A DNA stretch of 64,000 bases, taken from the NCBI GenBank assembly GCA_963749495.1, contig CAVVMW010000001.1, forward strand, positions 640,001 to 704,000. The letters are read 5' to 3'. A program made the position numbers and the translations under genes. Within the stretch, counting starts at the first letter, position 1, and each line of letters starts with the position of its first letter. Source of the DNA: an uncultured bacterium (GTDB lineage Bacteria; Verrucomicrobiota; Verrucomicrobiia; Limisphaerales; UBA8199). The notes under the pieces were generated by a model. It had not been told where the DNA came from. It saw nothing but the letters and a program-made list of their open reading frames with translations, and did no database searches. Positions 19,855 through 28,679 of the stretch are shown here, piece by piece.

Positions 19855-19935
19855 CCTTTGTCGCAGCCTTTGTCGGGGCCTTTGTCGAAAAAGGGCCAAT
19901 CCGACAAAGGTCTCGACAAAGGCTGCGACAAAGGC
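19855..19935. repeat. Family B TTTGTCG palindromic element
   Basis: cctttgtcg x3 ... cgacaaagg x3. Confidence 0.88.
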
Positions 19936-19998
19936 CCGCAACCCGGGCCGCTGGTTTCCCCTCAAGTCGCAAGGCAAACTGCCGATGTAACCGGGGAC

Positions 19999-20184
19999 AT
20001 GATCGAAGACTTGGACGAACTGCTGACGGCAGCGGTGACCGAACTGTTCAGCACGATGCTCCAGGTGCAGATGGCCCGTGTGCCGGTCGAGGCCGCCGCC
20101 AGGAATGGCGAGCCGCACGTGGCCGGGGCCGCAGGGTTTGCCGGGCGGATAAGCGGGGTGGTGTATGGGCACAGCAGCGTCTGA
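19999..20184 (+). pseudogene. cheX: Truncated CheX-like phosphatase (61 aa)
   Basis: AVTELFSTML..VAGAAGFAGRISGVVY then stop; the CheX E-x-x-N helix is missing. Confidence 0.6.
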
Positions 20185-20203
20185 TTAAGGCCGGTGACGG
20201 CCG

Positions 20204-21376
20204 ATGAAAGCGAACGAACCGGACCAGATTATGGGCCCGAAGATCCTCACTGTGGACGATAGCAAGACGAGCCGGATGACAGTGGCCCGGGCGTTCAGGG
20301 ACTTTGCCTGCGAGGTGCTGGAGGCCGCCGACGGGGTCGAGGGGTTGACGGTGGCCCAGCGCGAGCGGCCGGACGTCATCGTGCTCGACCTGACTATGCC
20401 GATCATGGATGGAGTCGAGATGCTGACCCGGCTCAAGAGCGATCCGGACCTGCGCTCGATCCCAGTGGTGATGCTCACCGCCGAGTCCGGGCGGGAGAAT
20501 GTGCTGCGCATCGCCAAGCTGGGCGTGCGCGATTACCTCATCAAGCCCTTCGAAGAGGAACTCATCGTCGAGCGGGTGGGGCGGATCATCGATTTGAAGG
20601 CCAAGAACGACGCCGCCGCTCGAGCCAAGGACATCGAGGCCCCCTTGCAGATCCTCGTAGTGGATGACAAACCGGCCATCGGCGAGCAAATCCGGGACTG
20701 CCTGGCGGCAACCCCCTGGAAGGTCTCGGCCGTCGGCCACCCGGGACAGGCCTTGCAGTTTTGCTGCGCCACCCTGCCCGATATCCTCCTGGTGAGCCTC
20801 TCCCTGCCTGGAGGGGCCGCGTTCAGCCTCTTCGAGATGCTTCGGGAGAGCAAACTCACCGAGGGGGTGCCGGTCCTGGCCCTGAGCATCAAGACGGCCA
20901 CCGAGCTGCACGCCCGCTCCCAGCAGCTCGGCTTCAACGGGCTGGTCACCAAGCCCATCGGCGCTGACGACCTGCAGTTCAAGATCACCCGCGCGCTCGG
21001 CCTCGACACCTCCCACAAGTACTTCCAACGCCGTGACAACCTCCTGGTCCTGACCTTGCCCCCGAATTTCCACGACCTGGACGCCAACGACATCGGCATT
21101 CACCTCCGCGAGGAGGTCTGCGAGGCGGTGGACGCCGGGCTGGCCCGGCTGCTGCTGGAGATGAGCCAGGTCAAAGCGGCCAATGTCACTCTGATCAAGC
21201 TCGGCCTCCAGGTCACCCAACTGTGCGGCGAAGCGGGGATGCGCTGCGTCATAATCGCCTCGGAGACCGTTTGCAGTTACTGCAAGAATTACGAAGAAAC
21301 CAAAGACTGGCAGTTTACCAACTCGTTCCAGGAGGCCTCGGCGGCACACAATGGCAAAGCAGTTTCCATGGCTTAA
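20204..21376 (+). CDS. Response regulator with REC, pseudo-REC and a possible STAS-like C-terminal domain
   Basis: ILTVDDS..VLDLTMP..LIKPF; second REC ILVVDD..LLVSLSLP..VTKPI. Confidence 0.85.
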   Translation: MKANEPDQIMGPKILTVDDSKTSRMTVARAFRDFACEVLEAADGVEGLTVAQRERPDVIVLDLTMPIMDGVEMLTRLKSDPDLRSIPVVMLTAESGRENVLRIAKLGVRDYLIKPFEEELIVERVGRIIDLKAKNDAAARAKDIEAPLQILVVDDKPAIGEQIRDCLAATPWKVSAVGHPGQALQFCCATLPDILLVSLSLPGGAAFSLFEMLRESKLTEGVPVLALSIKTATELHARSQQLGFNGLVTKPIGADDLQFKITRALGLDTSHKYFQRRDNLLVLTLPPNFHDLDANDIGIHLREEVCEAVDAGLARLLLEMSQVKAANVTLIKLGLQVTQLCGEAGMRCVIIASETVCSYCKNYEETKDWQFTNSFQEASAAHNGKAVSMA

Positions 21377-21875
21377 GCAGACCGGCCTGGCGCTCTGTGC
21401 CTGCGGGCTGGGCGCCTCGGCGGTCTTGGCTGCGCGAGCTTCGGGACCCATTGCCGGGTCCCGGCCCTACCTGCTTGTCACCGGCCCGGCTCCACTGCGT
21501 TTTCAGGCCCCCCACCCCCTCGTCCGGGCCACTCTGCCCCCGCTGCCGCCGGCCAATCCCAACCCCGGCCCGCCCGCCTCCCTCACCAACTCAACTCCGC
21601 CCCCGGCTGCCACGGCGACCGCCACCAATCGCGTCTCCACTCGCCCGGCCGCGACGGTCATCTCCTCTTCGCCAACCCTCGACCCGGCCTTGCCCCTGCC
21701 TCTGCCGGAGGACCGAAACCCGGAGGTTACCCCTGCCATCGACCCCCAGCTCCTGCTCGAGTACCTGGCGCCGGTCTCGACCAATGGCCCGCCCAGGGCA
21801 GGGTTGTCTTACCCGCCGTTCGTCCCCCCAGTGGCCCCTCGCCCTTCCAGCCGGGCCACCTACGAGAGCCGATGA
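21351..21875 (+). CDS. Pro-rich exported hypothetical protein
   Basis: Signal-like N-terminus, PYL..GPAPLRF, ends SSRATYESR. Confidence 0.6.
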   Translation: MAKQFPWLKQTGLALCACGLGASAVLAARASGPIAGSRPYLLVTGPAPLRFQAPHPLVRATLPPLPPANPNPGPPASLTNSTPPPAATATATNRVSTRPAATVISSSPTLDPALPLPLPEDRNPEVTPAIDPQLLLEYLAPVSTNGPPRAGLSYPPFVPPVAPRPSSRATYESR

Positions 21876-21961
21876 CATGGGAAAACGTGAAACGTGAAAC
21901 GTGAAACGTGAAACGTGAACCTTGAACCCTGAACCCTGAACGGTCAACCTACGAGAGCCGA
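21858..21961. repeat. AAACGTG / TGAACCC heptamer arrays flanked by a 15-bp direct repeat
   Basis: acctacgagagccga at 21858-21872 and 21947-21961. Confidence 0.88.
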
Positions 21962-22099
21962 GGAAATAAAGTGAAACCGGGCGTTTGTCACAAAAACTGC
22001 CTGAGAATGCCGGGTGTGGACCGGCCCCGCCCCGATCGCTGCGGGCGCATCAGCTCCCCTCTTCGTTTCCTTGGTTTCCTTCTGTTTTTTCCCTGTGCG

Positions 22100-23422
22100 A
22101 TGGCCCTCTTTTGTGTTGCCCAGGCCGCCGCCGGGCGCTCGGACCCCCCGCCGCCCTCGGCCCCGGCCTCCTCGCCAATCCCGCCCAGGTACAGCCTCAC
22201 AAACACCTTGAAGGCAGCGGCCACGGGCGGGACCAATGACACCGTTGCCGCGGCTTGGAGCTTCTTCACCGCCAGCAACACGCCGCCCCGGAGTGACCCG
22301 CCATCCACTTTTCAGGGCCGGCTCGAGATGGCTCGTCACCTGCGCCTGATCCGCCAATCCACCGAGGCGGCGGCGATTTGTGTCGAACTGGTCCAAAGCC
22401 AGGCGCCCGCCAAGGTGCAACGGGCGGCCATGCTCGAGTTGGCCCAGATCGCCCTGGAGGAGAACAACCTGCCTCGGGCGCTCCAAGTCTATGCCCAGTG
22501 CCTGGTCCACTGGCCGCGCGACCCGGGCGTGCCGGAGTTGCTCCTGCGCCAGGGCCTGGTCTATCGCAAGATGGGCCTGCCCGCCCTGGCCGTCGGGAAG
22601 TTCTACTCCGTCATGACCACTGCCCTGATGCTCAAGCCCGAGCGCCTGGACTACTACAAGCAACTGGTCGAACTGGCCCAATACGAGATTGCCGAGACAC
22701 ACTACGAACTGGGCGACTATGAGGATGCGGCGGGCTCATTCGACCGGTTGCTCAGGTCGGACTCCCCGCCGGTCAACCGCAGTTTGACTCACTACCAGTA
22801 TATTCATTGCCTGGCGGCACTGGGCCGTTCGGGCCAGGCGGCCCAGCAAGCGCAAGAGTTCCTTCGACGATTCCCCGTTGCCCCCGAGCGGCCCGAGGTG
22901 CAGTTCGTGTGCGCCGCCTCTCTCAAGGAGGCCCGCCACGACGGCGAGGCCCTGCGCCAGGTGCTGAGCCTGCTCGAGGAACAACACACCAACGCCGCTC
23001 CCGACCCGGAGACCCTCGCCTACTGGCAACGCCGCGCCGGAAACCAACTGGCCAACTCCTTCTACCTCGACGGCGACTGCGCCAAGGCCCTGGACATCTA
23101 CCTTTGCCTGGCCGCCCTGGACACCACCCCGGAATGGCAACTGCCCGTTTGGTACCAAATCGCCCTGGTCTTCGAGCGCCTCCGCCAGCCGCCCAAGGCC
23201 ATCGAGTATCTCCAAAGGGTCCTGAGCCGCGAAAAGGAGCTGCCCCCAAACGCCCCCGCCAGCCTCAAGACCGTCATCGAGATGGCCAAGTGGCGCAACG
23301 ACTTCCTGACCTGGCACACCAACGCCGAAGCGACGAGCCTGGAGTTGCGCCATACGCTCTCCGGCTCCCCCAAGACCAATGCAACCGACCACCTCCCCCC
23401 AACCACAGCCAGCCACCCGTAG
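22100..23422 (+). CDS. Tetratricopeptide-repeat protein (ORF is open from 21971 through a family A repeat)
   Basis: Repeated TPR-like helices (LLLRQGLVYRKMG, AQYEIAETHYELGDY, VWYQIALVFERL). Confidence 0.8.
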   Translation: MALFCVAQAAAGRSDPPPPSAPASSPIPPRYSLTNTLKAAATGGTNDTVAAAWSFFTASNTPPRSDPPSTFQGRLEMARHLRLIRQSTEAAAICVELVQSQAPAKVQRAAMLELAQIALEENNLPRALQVYAQCLVHWPRDPGVPELLLRQGLVYRKMGLPALAVGKFYSVMTTALMLKPERLDYYKQLVELAQYEIAETHYELGDYEDAAGSFDRLLRSDSPPVNRSLTHYQYIHCLAALGRSGQAAQQAQEFLRRFPVAPERPEVQFVCAASLKEARHDGEALRQVLSLLEEQHTNAAPDPETLAYWQRRAGNQLANSFYLDGDCAKALDIYLCLAALDTTPEWQLPVWYQIALVFERLRQPPKAIEYLQRVLSREKELPPNAPASLKTVIEMAKWRNDFLTWHTNAEATSLELRHTLSGSPKTNATDHLPPTTASHP

Positions 23423-23450
23423 CCCTGCCCTGGCGCCCTGCCTCGACCAA

Positions 23451-23852
23451 ATGACTGACGCCTTGCGGGAGCACCTGGGGGTCTGCAACGCCCTGCTCGA
23501 ACTGGCCCACAAACAGGCCGAGGCCTTGAAAAACTCCGCCCCGTACCCGGCGCTGGCCATCCAGGTCGAAAGAAAAGCCTTGCTAAGCCGGCTCGAATGC
23601 GCTTTAAAGTGCCTTGTTCAGAAACGTGCTCTGTGGAGCAGTTCCGGCGTCCAAACAGCCAAGGCTGACCCTCGGCTGGCCCGGCTCCTCCAGACGGCTC
23701 TGGACACAGTTATGCGCGTACTGGTGCTCGACCGGGAAAACGAACAGCAACTCCTGCGACGGGGCCTGCTCCCAGCCCGGTGCCTGCCGCCGGCTGCCCA
23801 AAGCCGCCCTCATTACGTGGCCGCTCTCTACCAGCGCCACACCCGGACTTAA
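23451..23852 (+). CDS. FlgN-like helical protein (putative flagellar export chaperone)
   Basis: 133-aa helical protein, LDRENEQQLL motif; context with HDOD, CheX and a sigma-54 activator. Confidence 0.45.
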   Translation: MTDALREHLGVCNALLELAHKQAEALKNSAPYPALAIQVERKALLSRLECALKCLVQKRALWSSSGVQTAKADPRLARLLQTALDTVMRVLVLDRENEQQLLRRGLLPARCLPPAAQSRPHYVAALYQRHTRT

Positions 23853-23862
23853 GCGTCCCATT

Positions 23863-25344
23863 ATGTCCATCGAGAAAGTGATCGTGGTCGAGGACGAACT
23901 GATCGAGCGTCGCAACCTCGAGGCCCAGTTGCGGCAACGGCGCTGCGATGTGTTGGCCGTTGCCAATCTGGCCGGCGCCAGGGAAGGCCTGGCCAAAGAT
24001 ACCTTCGACCTGGTCTTTTTGGATGTCGGCCTGCCCGATGGCAAGGGCACCGACCTGCTCAAGGAACTTTACCAGCGCCCCCAGCGGCCGCTGGTCGTCG
24101 TGATCACCGGCGCGGGCTCGATCGCCTCGGCCGTGGATTGCATGCGCAACGGCGCTTTTGATTACCTCACCAAGCCCTTCGGCGAGGATCAGATCGACAT
24201 CCTCCTCAAGAAGGCGGATGACTTTTCACGAATCGTTCGCGTCAACCAGTTTCTGAGCAAGGAGACCGAGACCGGCTGGGAGTTGCTCGGCAACAGCCCC
24301 GCCATCGAGCAATTGCGCCTCTTGATCCGGCAAATCGCCCGCACCCAGGCCACCGTCCTCATCCAGGGCGAGAGCGGCACCGGCAAAGAACTGGTCGCCC
24401 GCGCCCTGCACAAGGAAAGCCCCCGCGCCTCCGCCCCGCTTATCAAGGTCAATTGCCCCGCCATCCCGGACAACCTCATCGAGAGCGAGTTCTTCGGACA
24501 CGAGAAAGGGGCCTTCACCGGCGCGCTCAACAAGCGCGAGGGCCGCTTCGAGCTGGCCCACAACGGCACCATTCTCCTGGACGAGATCAGCGAGATTTCC
24601 CCCAGCCTCCAGGCCAAGCTCCTGCGCGTCCTCCAGGAACGCGAATTCGAGCGTGTCGGCGGCTCCCGCACCATCAAGGTCGATGTCCGCGTCATCGCCA
24701 CCACCAACCGCCGGCTCGAACAGGCCGTCCAGCGCAAAGAGTTCCGCGAGGACCTCTTCTTCCGCATCAACGTCGTCCCCATCCATGTCCCCCCTTTGCG
24801 TGACCGGCGCGAGGACATCCTCTTCCTGGCCGACCATTTCCTGCGCTGGTTCGCCCGCAAGCACGGCTGCTCCGCCCAGCGCCTCTCCGACTCCTGCCTC
24901 GGCATCCTCACCGGCCACCCCTGGCCGGGAAACGTGCGCGAACTCCAGAACGTCATCGAGCGCGCCGTCATCCTCACCGGCGACTCCCGCGTGATCGAGC
25001 CGGCCCACCTCGCTCTGAGCGTCCTCACGGCCCAGCCTCCGGCCCCGGAGCCCGCCCCGGCTCCATCTCAAACCCCGGCCCCGGCCTGCGCCAGCCCCGC
25101 CCCGCCTCCCCCTGCGCCGGCCCCGGCCGCCCCGGCCCAATCACCCGACGTCTTCCCCCCGCTGCACGAACTGGAAAAGCGCCACATCTTCGCCGCCCTC
25201 GAACATTCCAAAAACAACCGTACCCAGGCCGCGCGACTCCTCGGCATTAGCGTCCGCACCCTCCGCAACAAGCTCAACGAATACAGTGGCAGCCAGGACG
25301 CTGAAGAGACCGAGGACCCGCAGGGGACCCTCCACCTGGCTTAA
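23863..25344 (+). CDS. Sigma-54-dependent response regulator (NtrC/AtoC family)
   Basis: REC, GESGTGKE, GAFTGA, LLDEISE, WPGNVREL, Fis-type HTH. Confidence 0.95.
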   Translation: MSIEKVIVVEDELIERRNLEAQLRQRRCDVLAVANLAGAREGLAKDTFDLVFLDVGLPDGKGTDLLKELYQRPQRPLVVVITGAGSIASAVDCMRNGAFDYLTKPFGEDQIDILLKKADDFSRIVRVNQFLSKETETGWELLGNSPAIEQLRLLIRQIARTQATVLIQGESGTGKELVARALHKESPRASAPLIKVNCPAIPDNLIESEFFGHEKGAFTGALNKREGRFELAHNGTILLDEISEISPSLQAKLLRVLQEREFERVGGSRTIKVDVRVIATTNRRLEQAVQRKEFREDLFFRINVVPIHVPPLRDRREDILFLADHFLRWFARKHGCSAQRLSDSCLGILTGHPWPGNVRELQNVIERAVILTGDSRVIEPAHLALSVLTAQPPAPEPAPAPSQTPAPACASPAPPPPAPAPAAPAQSPDVFPPLHELEKRHIFAALEHSKNNRTQAARLLGISVRTLRNKLNEYSGSQDAEETEDPQGTLHLA

Positions 25345-25354
25345 ATGTCTCTCC

Positions 25355-25732
25355 CTACGGCACCCGGGTCACCGTCACCGCCACCAGGCCAAGATCGGTT
25401 TGAGCGATCTTCTCGAACGCGGCGCGTCCCAGGTCAATGATGCGGCCGTCCCGGACCAGTTCCGCCGCCGGGCCGCGATCCGTGATGGTTACCAGGACAC
25501 TCCGGCGGTGCCCCGAAGCCGATTTGACGCTCACACGGACTTTGGCGCCCAGTGGGTAAAACCAGGAGGCCGCCGTGAGCTTGTCCGGATCGAATTTCTT
25601 TCCATTGGCCATCAGCCTGCCCCGATGATCCTCCCCATACCATGAAGCCAGCCCCTGCTTAGGCCTCGCACCTGCCGCGACCCGGCCCGCACTCACCAGG
25701 AGCAGGACCGCCCAAAGCAGAACGGTTCTCAT
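25355..25732 (-). CDS. rlpA: RlpA-like DPBB lytic transglycosylase domain protein
   Basis: GLASWYG, MANG, LTAAS, ITDRGP, RIIDL. Confidence 0.88.
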   Translation of the reverse strand: MRTVLLWAVLLLVSAGRVAAGARPKQGLASWYGEDHRGRLMANGKKFDPDKLTAASWFYPLGAKVRVSVKSASGHRRSVLVTITDRGPAAELVRDGRIIDLGRAAFEKIAQTDLGLVAVTVTRVP

Positions 25733-26042
25733 TTAGCCACCTCATCGGTTGTCGTGTTGCGTTTCTGTGTTCTGGGAGACAGTGGAACATCGGAAAGGCT
25801 GAAAACGCGCGATCGATAAGCGGCTAATGGGAAAACTCAGAAGGGAAAAATCAGAAATCGTTGCGCCCGTCCCGGACCGGACCACTCGACACGGCTTAGC
25901 TTGTCTGGCTGGCACTGCGCAACTCACGCCAACAAGTTACCCGGAGGGCCAGATCCCAAGAAATAGGGTCTTTACCCCAGCGAAAGCCCTATTGGGAAGC
26001 GTTTACTCTTGCGCAATCCCTGTCAGACGGTAGGCTTGGCGC

Positions 26043-26240
26043 ATGCACCGGACAATGAGAAGTGGAGTGGCCAAGCGTGGTCAAAGGGCGGCCCCCTCCA
26101 AGAGGGGAGAAGTCCGAACCCCTGACAGCCCGTGGAAGGCCTACGCCGGAATTTGGCGCCAGAACCCGGATTGGGAGGCCTTCTTGAAGGAGCTTGAAGA
26201 GGGGCGTCGTGAGGCGGATATGGCCGAGACGGGACCCTAG
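26043..26240 (+). CDS. Small putative antitoxin
   Basis: PWKAYAGIWRQNPDWEAFLKELEE; directly upstream of a PIN remnant. Confidence 0.55.
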   Translation: MHRTMRSGVAKRGQRAAPSKRGEVRTPDSPWKAYAGIWRQNPDWEAFLKELEEGRREADMAETGP

Positions 26241-26242
26241 CG

Positions 26243-26322
26243 ATGTGGGCTCTGGAGTGTCACGAAACCGGGCGGATTTCGGCCCTGTCGCGGGGCTCAG
26301 GCTGGAGGACTGGTCAGCTTAG
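26243..26322 (+). pseudogene. Internally deleted PIN (VapC-like) toxin
   Basis: MWAL start joined out of frame to VSRNRADFGPVAGLRLEDWSA*, a typical VapC C-terminus. Confidence 0.65.
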
Positions 26323-27597
26323 TACCCGTTTTCATAAATACACTAACGTATTTTGTTGCTGACTTTCCCGGTTTCACATAGAATAGCGCCGCATTGAACG
26401 GTACTATTCTATGCCTAGAAAAAGCCCATTCTCTATCACGCTGACCCCGGGTGAACTGCGCGAACTGGAACGAAGAGCGGCGAAATATACGTTACCGTAT
26501 TTCGAGGTCCTCCGGGCTAAAATGATCCTTATGGCGGCTGAGGGTCTGGCCAACGACGATATTGCTGCTCGCCTGGATACCCGCCGAGAAGTCGTCAGTG
26601 ACTGGCGTAAGCGCTTCTTCCATGAGCGCTTGCGCGGGCTGGAGGAACTCCCCCGCCCGGGTCGGCCCCGGGTTTTTCCCCCCAGAACTGGTCGTGCAGG
26701 TTAAGGCTCTGGCTTGCGAACTACCTCGTCAGCGAGGCCTACCCTTGTCGCGTTGGAGCCTCGCCGAACTAACCGAAGAGGTTTGCCAGTCCGGGCTGGT
26801 CGCCCACATCAGCGACACCACGCTCTGGCGTTGGTTGCACCAGGACGCCATCCGGCCTTGGTTTCACCGCTGTTGGATCTTCCCGCGCGACCCGGCCTTC
26901 GCCCTCAAAGCCGGGCGCCTGCTCGACCTCTACGAGCGGGTATGGGACGGGCACCCTTTGCACGAGGACGAGTTCGTGCTCTCGGCCGATGAAAAGACCA
27001 GCATTCAAGCCCGGGACCGTATTCACCCGACTCGACCGCCACGGCCTGGCCAACCGATGAAGGTGGAGCATGAGTACGCACGCAGGGGAGCCCGCACTTA
27101 CCTGGCGGCCCTGGATGTGCATCACGCCAAAGTCTTTGGCTGTTGCGAACTCCACAGCGGAATCGCGCCTTTTGATCGGCTGGTCGACCGCGTGATGACC
27201 CAACCGCCTTACTCCCAAGCTCGCCGGGTCTTTTGGATCGTGGACAACGGCTCCTCCCACCGGGGCCTTCCCAGCGTGAGGCGCTTGCAGCAGCGTTATC
27301 CGCGCCTCCAACTGGTCCATGGCCCAGTTCACGCCAGTTGGCTGAACCAGATCGAGGTCTACTTTTCCATTATCGAGCGCAAAGTCCTGACGCCAAACGA
27401 CTTCGGCTCCCTGGACGAGATGGCGCATGCGCTTTGGCAGTTTGAGCGCCATTTCGAGACGCTCGCTCGACCGTTCCAGTGGAAATTCACCCGTCGAGAC
27501 CTGGACCAACTCCTCCTCAAATTAGCTCCCGAACAAGCCACCGCGCTGCCTCAAGCCGCCTGAGAAAATACGTGACCGAATTTATGAAGTGGCGTAC
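26322..27597 (+). mobile_element. IS630-family insertion sequence
   Basis: Imperfect terminal inverted repeats gtac.c...ttcataaat.c..t.acgtatttt; TTA duplicated on both sides (CTTAG context). Confidence 0.9.
26411..27563 (+). CDS. IS630 transposase (HTH ORF plus DDE ORF, joined across T5C6 at about 26673-26683)
   Basis: SADEKT, IVDNGSSH, HASWLNQIEVYF DDE motifs. Confidence 0.92.
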
Positions 27598-27720
27598 TTA
27601 GCCTTCACCGAGTCTCGCGATGCGGGCGGTTGCGCCAGCGGAGGCTCCTGGTCGCGGCGAAACCAGCCCCGTTGCGTCAGGCGGAGTTCGCTGCAATGCG
27701 GCAAGTCCAGCAGCTTTTTC

Positions 27721-27748
27721 TGTAACAAAACGCCCATAACGCTTAACC
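27721..27748 (+). promoter_or_regulatory. Putative ECF-dependent promoter TGTAACAAA-N11-GCTTAACC
   Basis: Same motif and spacing at 28647-28674; both end 5 nt before an ATG. Confidence 0.65.
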
Positions 27749-27753
27749 TGGCT

Positions 27754-28508
27754 ATGGAAATCACGTGCCGGATTCCGCTCAGACAGGCGCGGCCCCATCG
27801 ATGTTCCTCACGACACATTGGTCGGTGGTGCTGGCGGCCAAAGACAAGTCGTCGCCAGCCTCGGCGGCGGCCCTGGAGGCCCTTTGCCAGGCCTACTGGT
27901 ATCCGCTCTATGCCTTTGTGCGGCGGCAGGGGCACTCTCCGAGCGACGCCGAGGACTTGACCCAGGAATTCTTCGCGCGGCTGCTCCAGAAGGAATATCT
28001 CCGGGCGGCGGACCGCGAGAAAGGCCGCTTCCGCACCTTCCTGCGGGTCGCCCTCAAGCGGTTCCTGGCCAATGAATGGGACCGCGCGCGGCGGCTCAAA
28101 CGCGGCGGCGGGCGCGCACCCGTCCCGCTCGATGCCACGATGGCCGAGCAACGCTACCAGGCGGAGCGAAGTGACGCGCTGCCGCCCGACCGCCTCTACG
28201 AGCGGCGTTGGGCCAGGGCGCTGCTCGAAGTCGCGCTCGCGCGGTTGCGAGCGGAATACACAGTCGCGGGCAAAACGGCCGAGTTCGACCGGCTCAAAGG
28301 CGCTCTCACCGCCGAGCGGGGCGGCATTGCCTATCGCAACCTGGCCGCGGCCCTGGGCCTGAACGAGGGGGCGGCGCGGGTGGCGGTACACCGGTTGCGG
28401 AAACGGTTTCGCAACCTGTTCCGCGCTACGGTGGCCGAGACCGTCTCCGCGCCCGAGGACGTGGAGGATGAGTTGCGATACCTGGCCGGGTTGCTGGGGG
28501 AGGCCTGA
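27754..28508 (+). CDS. ECF sigma-70 factor, kinase-associated type (ATG 27754 needs one extra A; in-frame GTG at 27765)
   Basis: FLTTHWSVV, YWYPLYAFVRR, DAEDLTQEFF, KGRFRTFL, VAVHRLRKRF. Confidence 0.9.
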
Positions 28509-28646
28509 TGCGCGGCAATGCGTGTACTGAGGGGTGCAAGGCGTATGACACATTGGGACGGTCAGTGGTCGTCTCCCTCTCCCCATCGGATGGGGAAAGG
28601 GCCGGGGTGAGGGCTCGGATTGTGTGGCCGGTCCCGCTTCCCACAG

Positions 28647-28674
28647 TGTAACAAACTCCGGCCGATGCTTAACC
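28647..28674 (+). promoter_or_regulatory. Second copy of the putative ECF promoter, upstream of the kinase
   Basis: tgtaacaaactccggccgatgcttaacc. Confidence 0.65.
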
Positions 28675-28679
28675 AGGGG

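Noticed and set aside
25740..26040. Sigma-54 promoter or riboswitch between rlpA and the antitoxin
   Set aside because: TGGCAC near 25910 lacks a correctly spaced TTGC, and the hairpin at about 25955-25996 matches no riboswitch consensus I can recognise.
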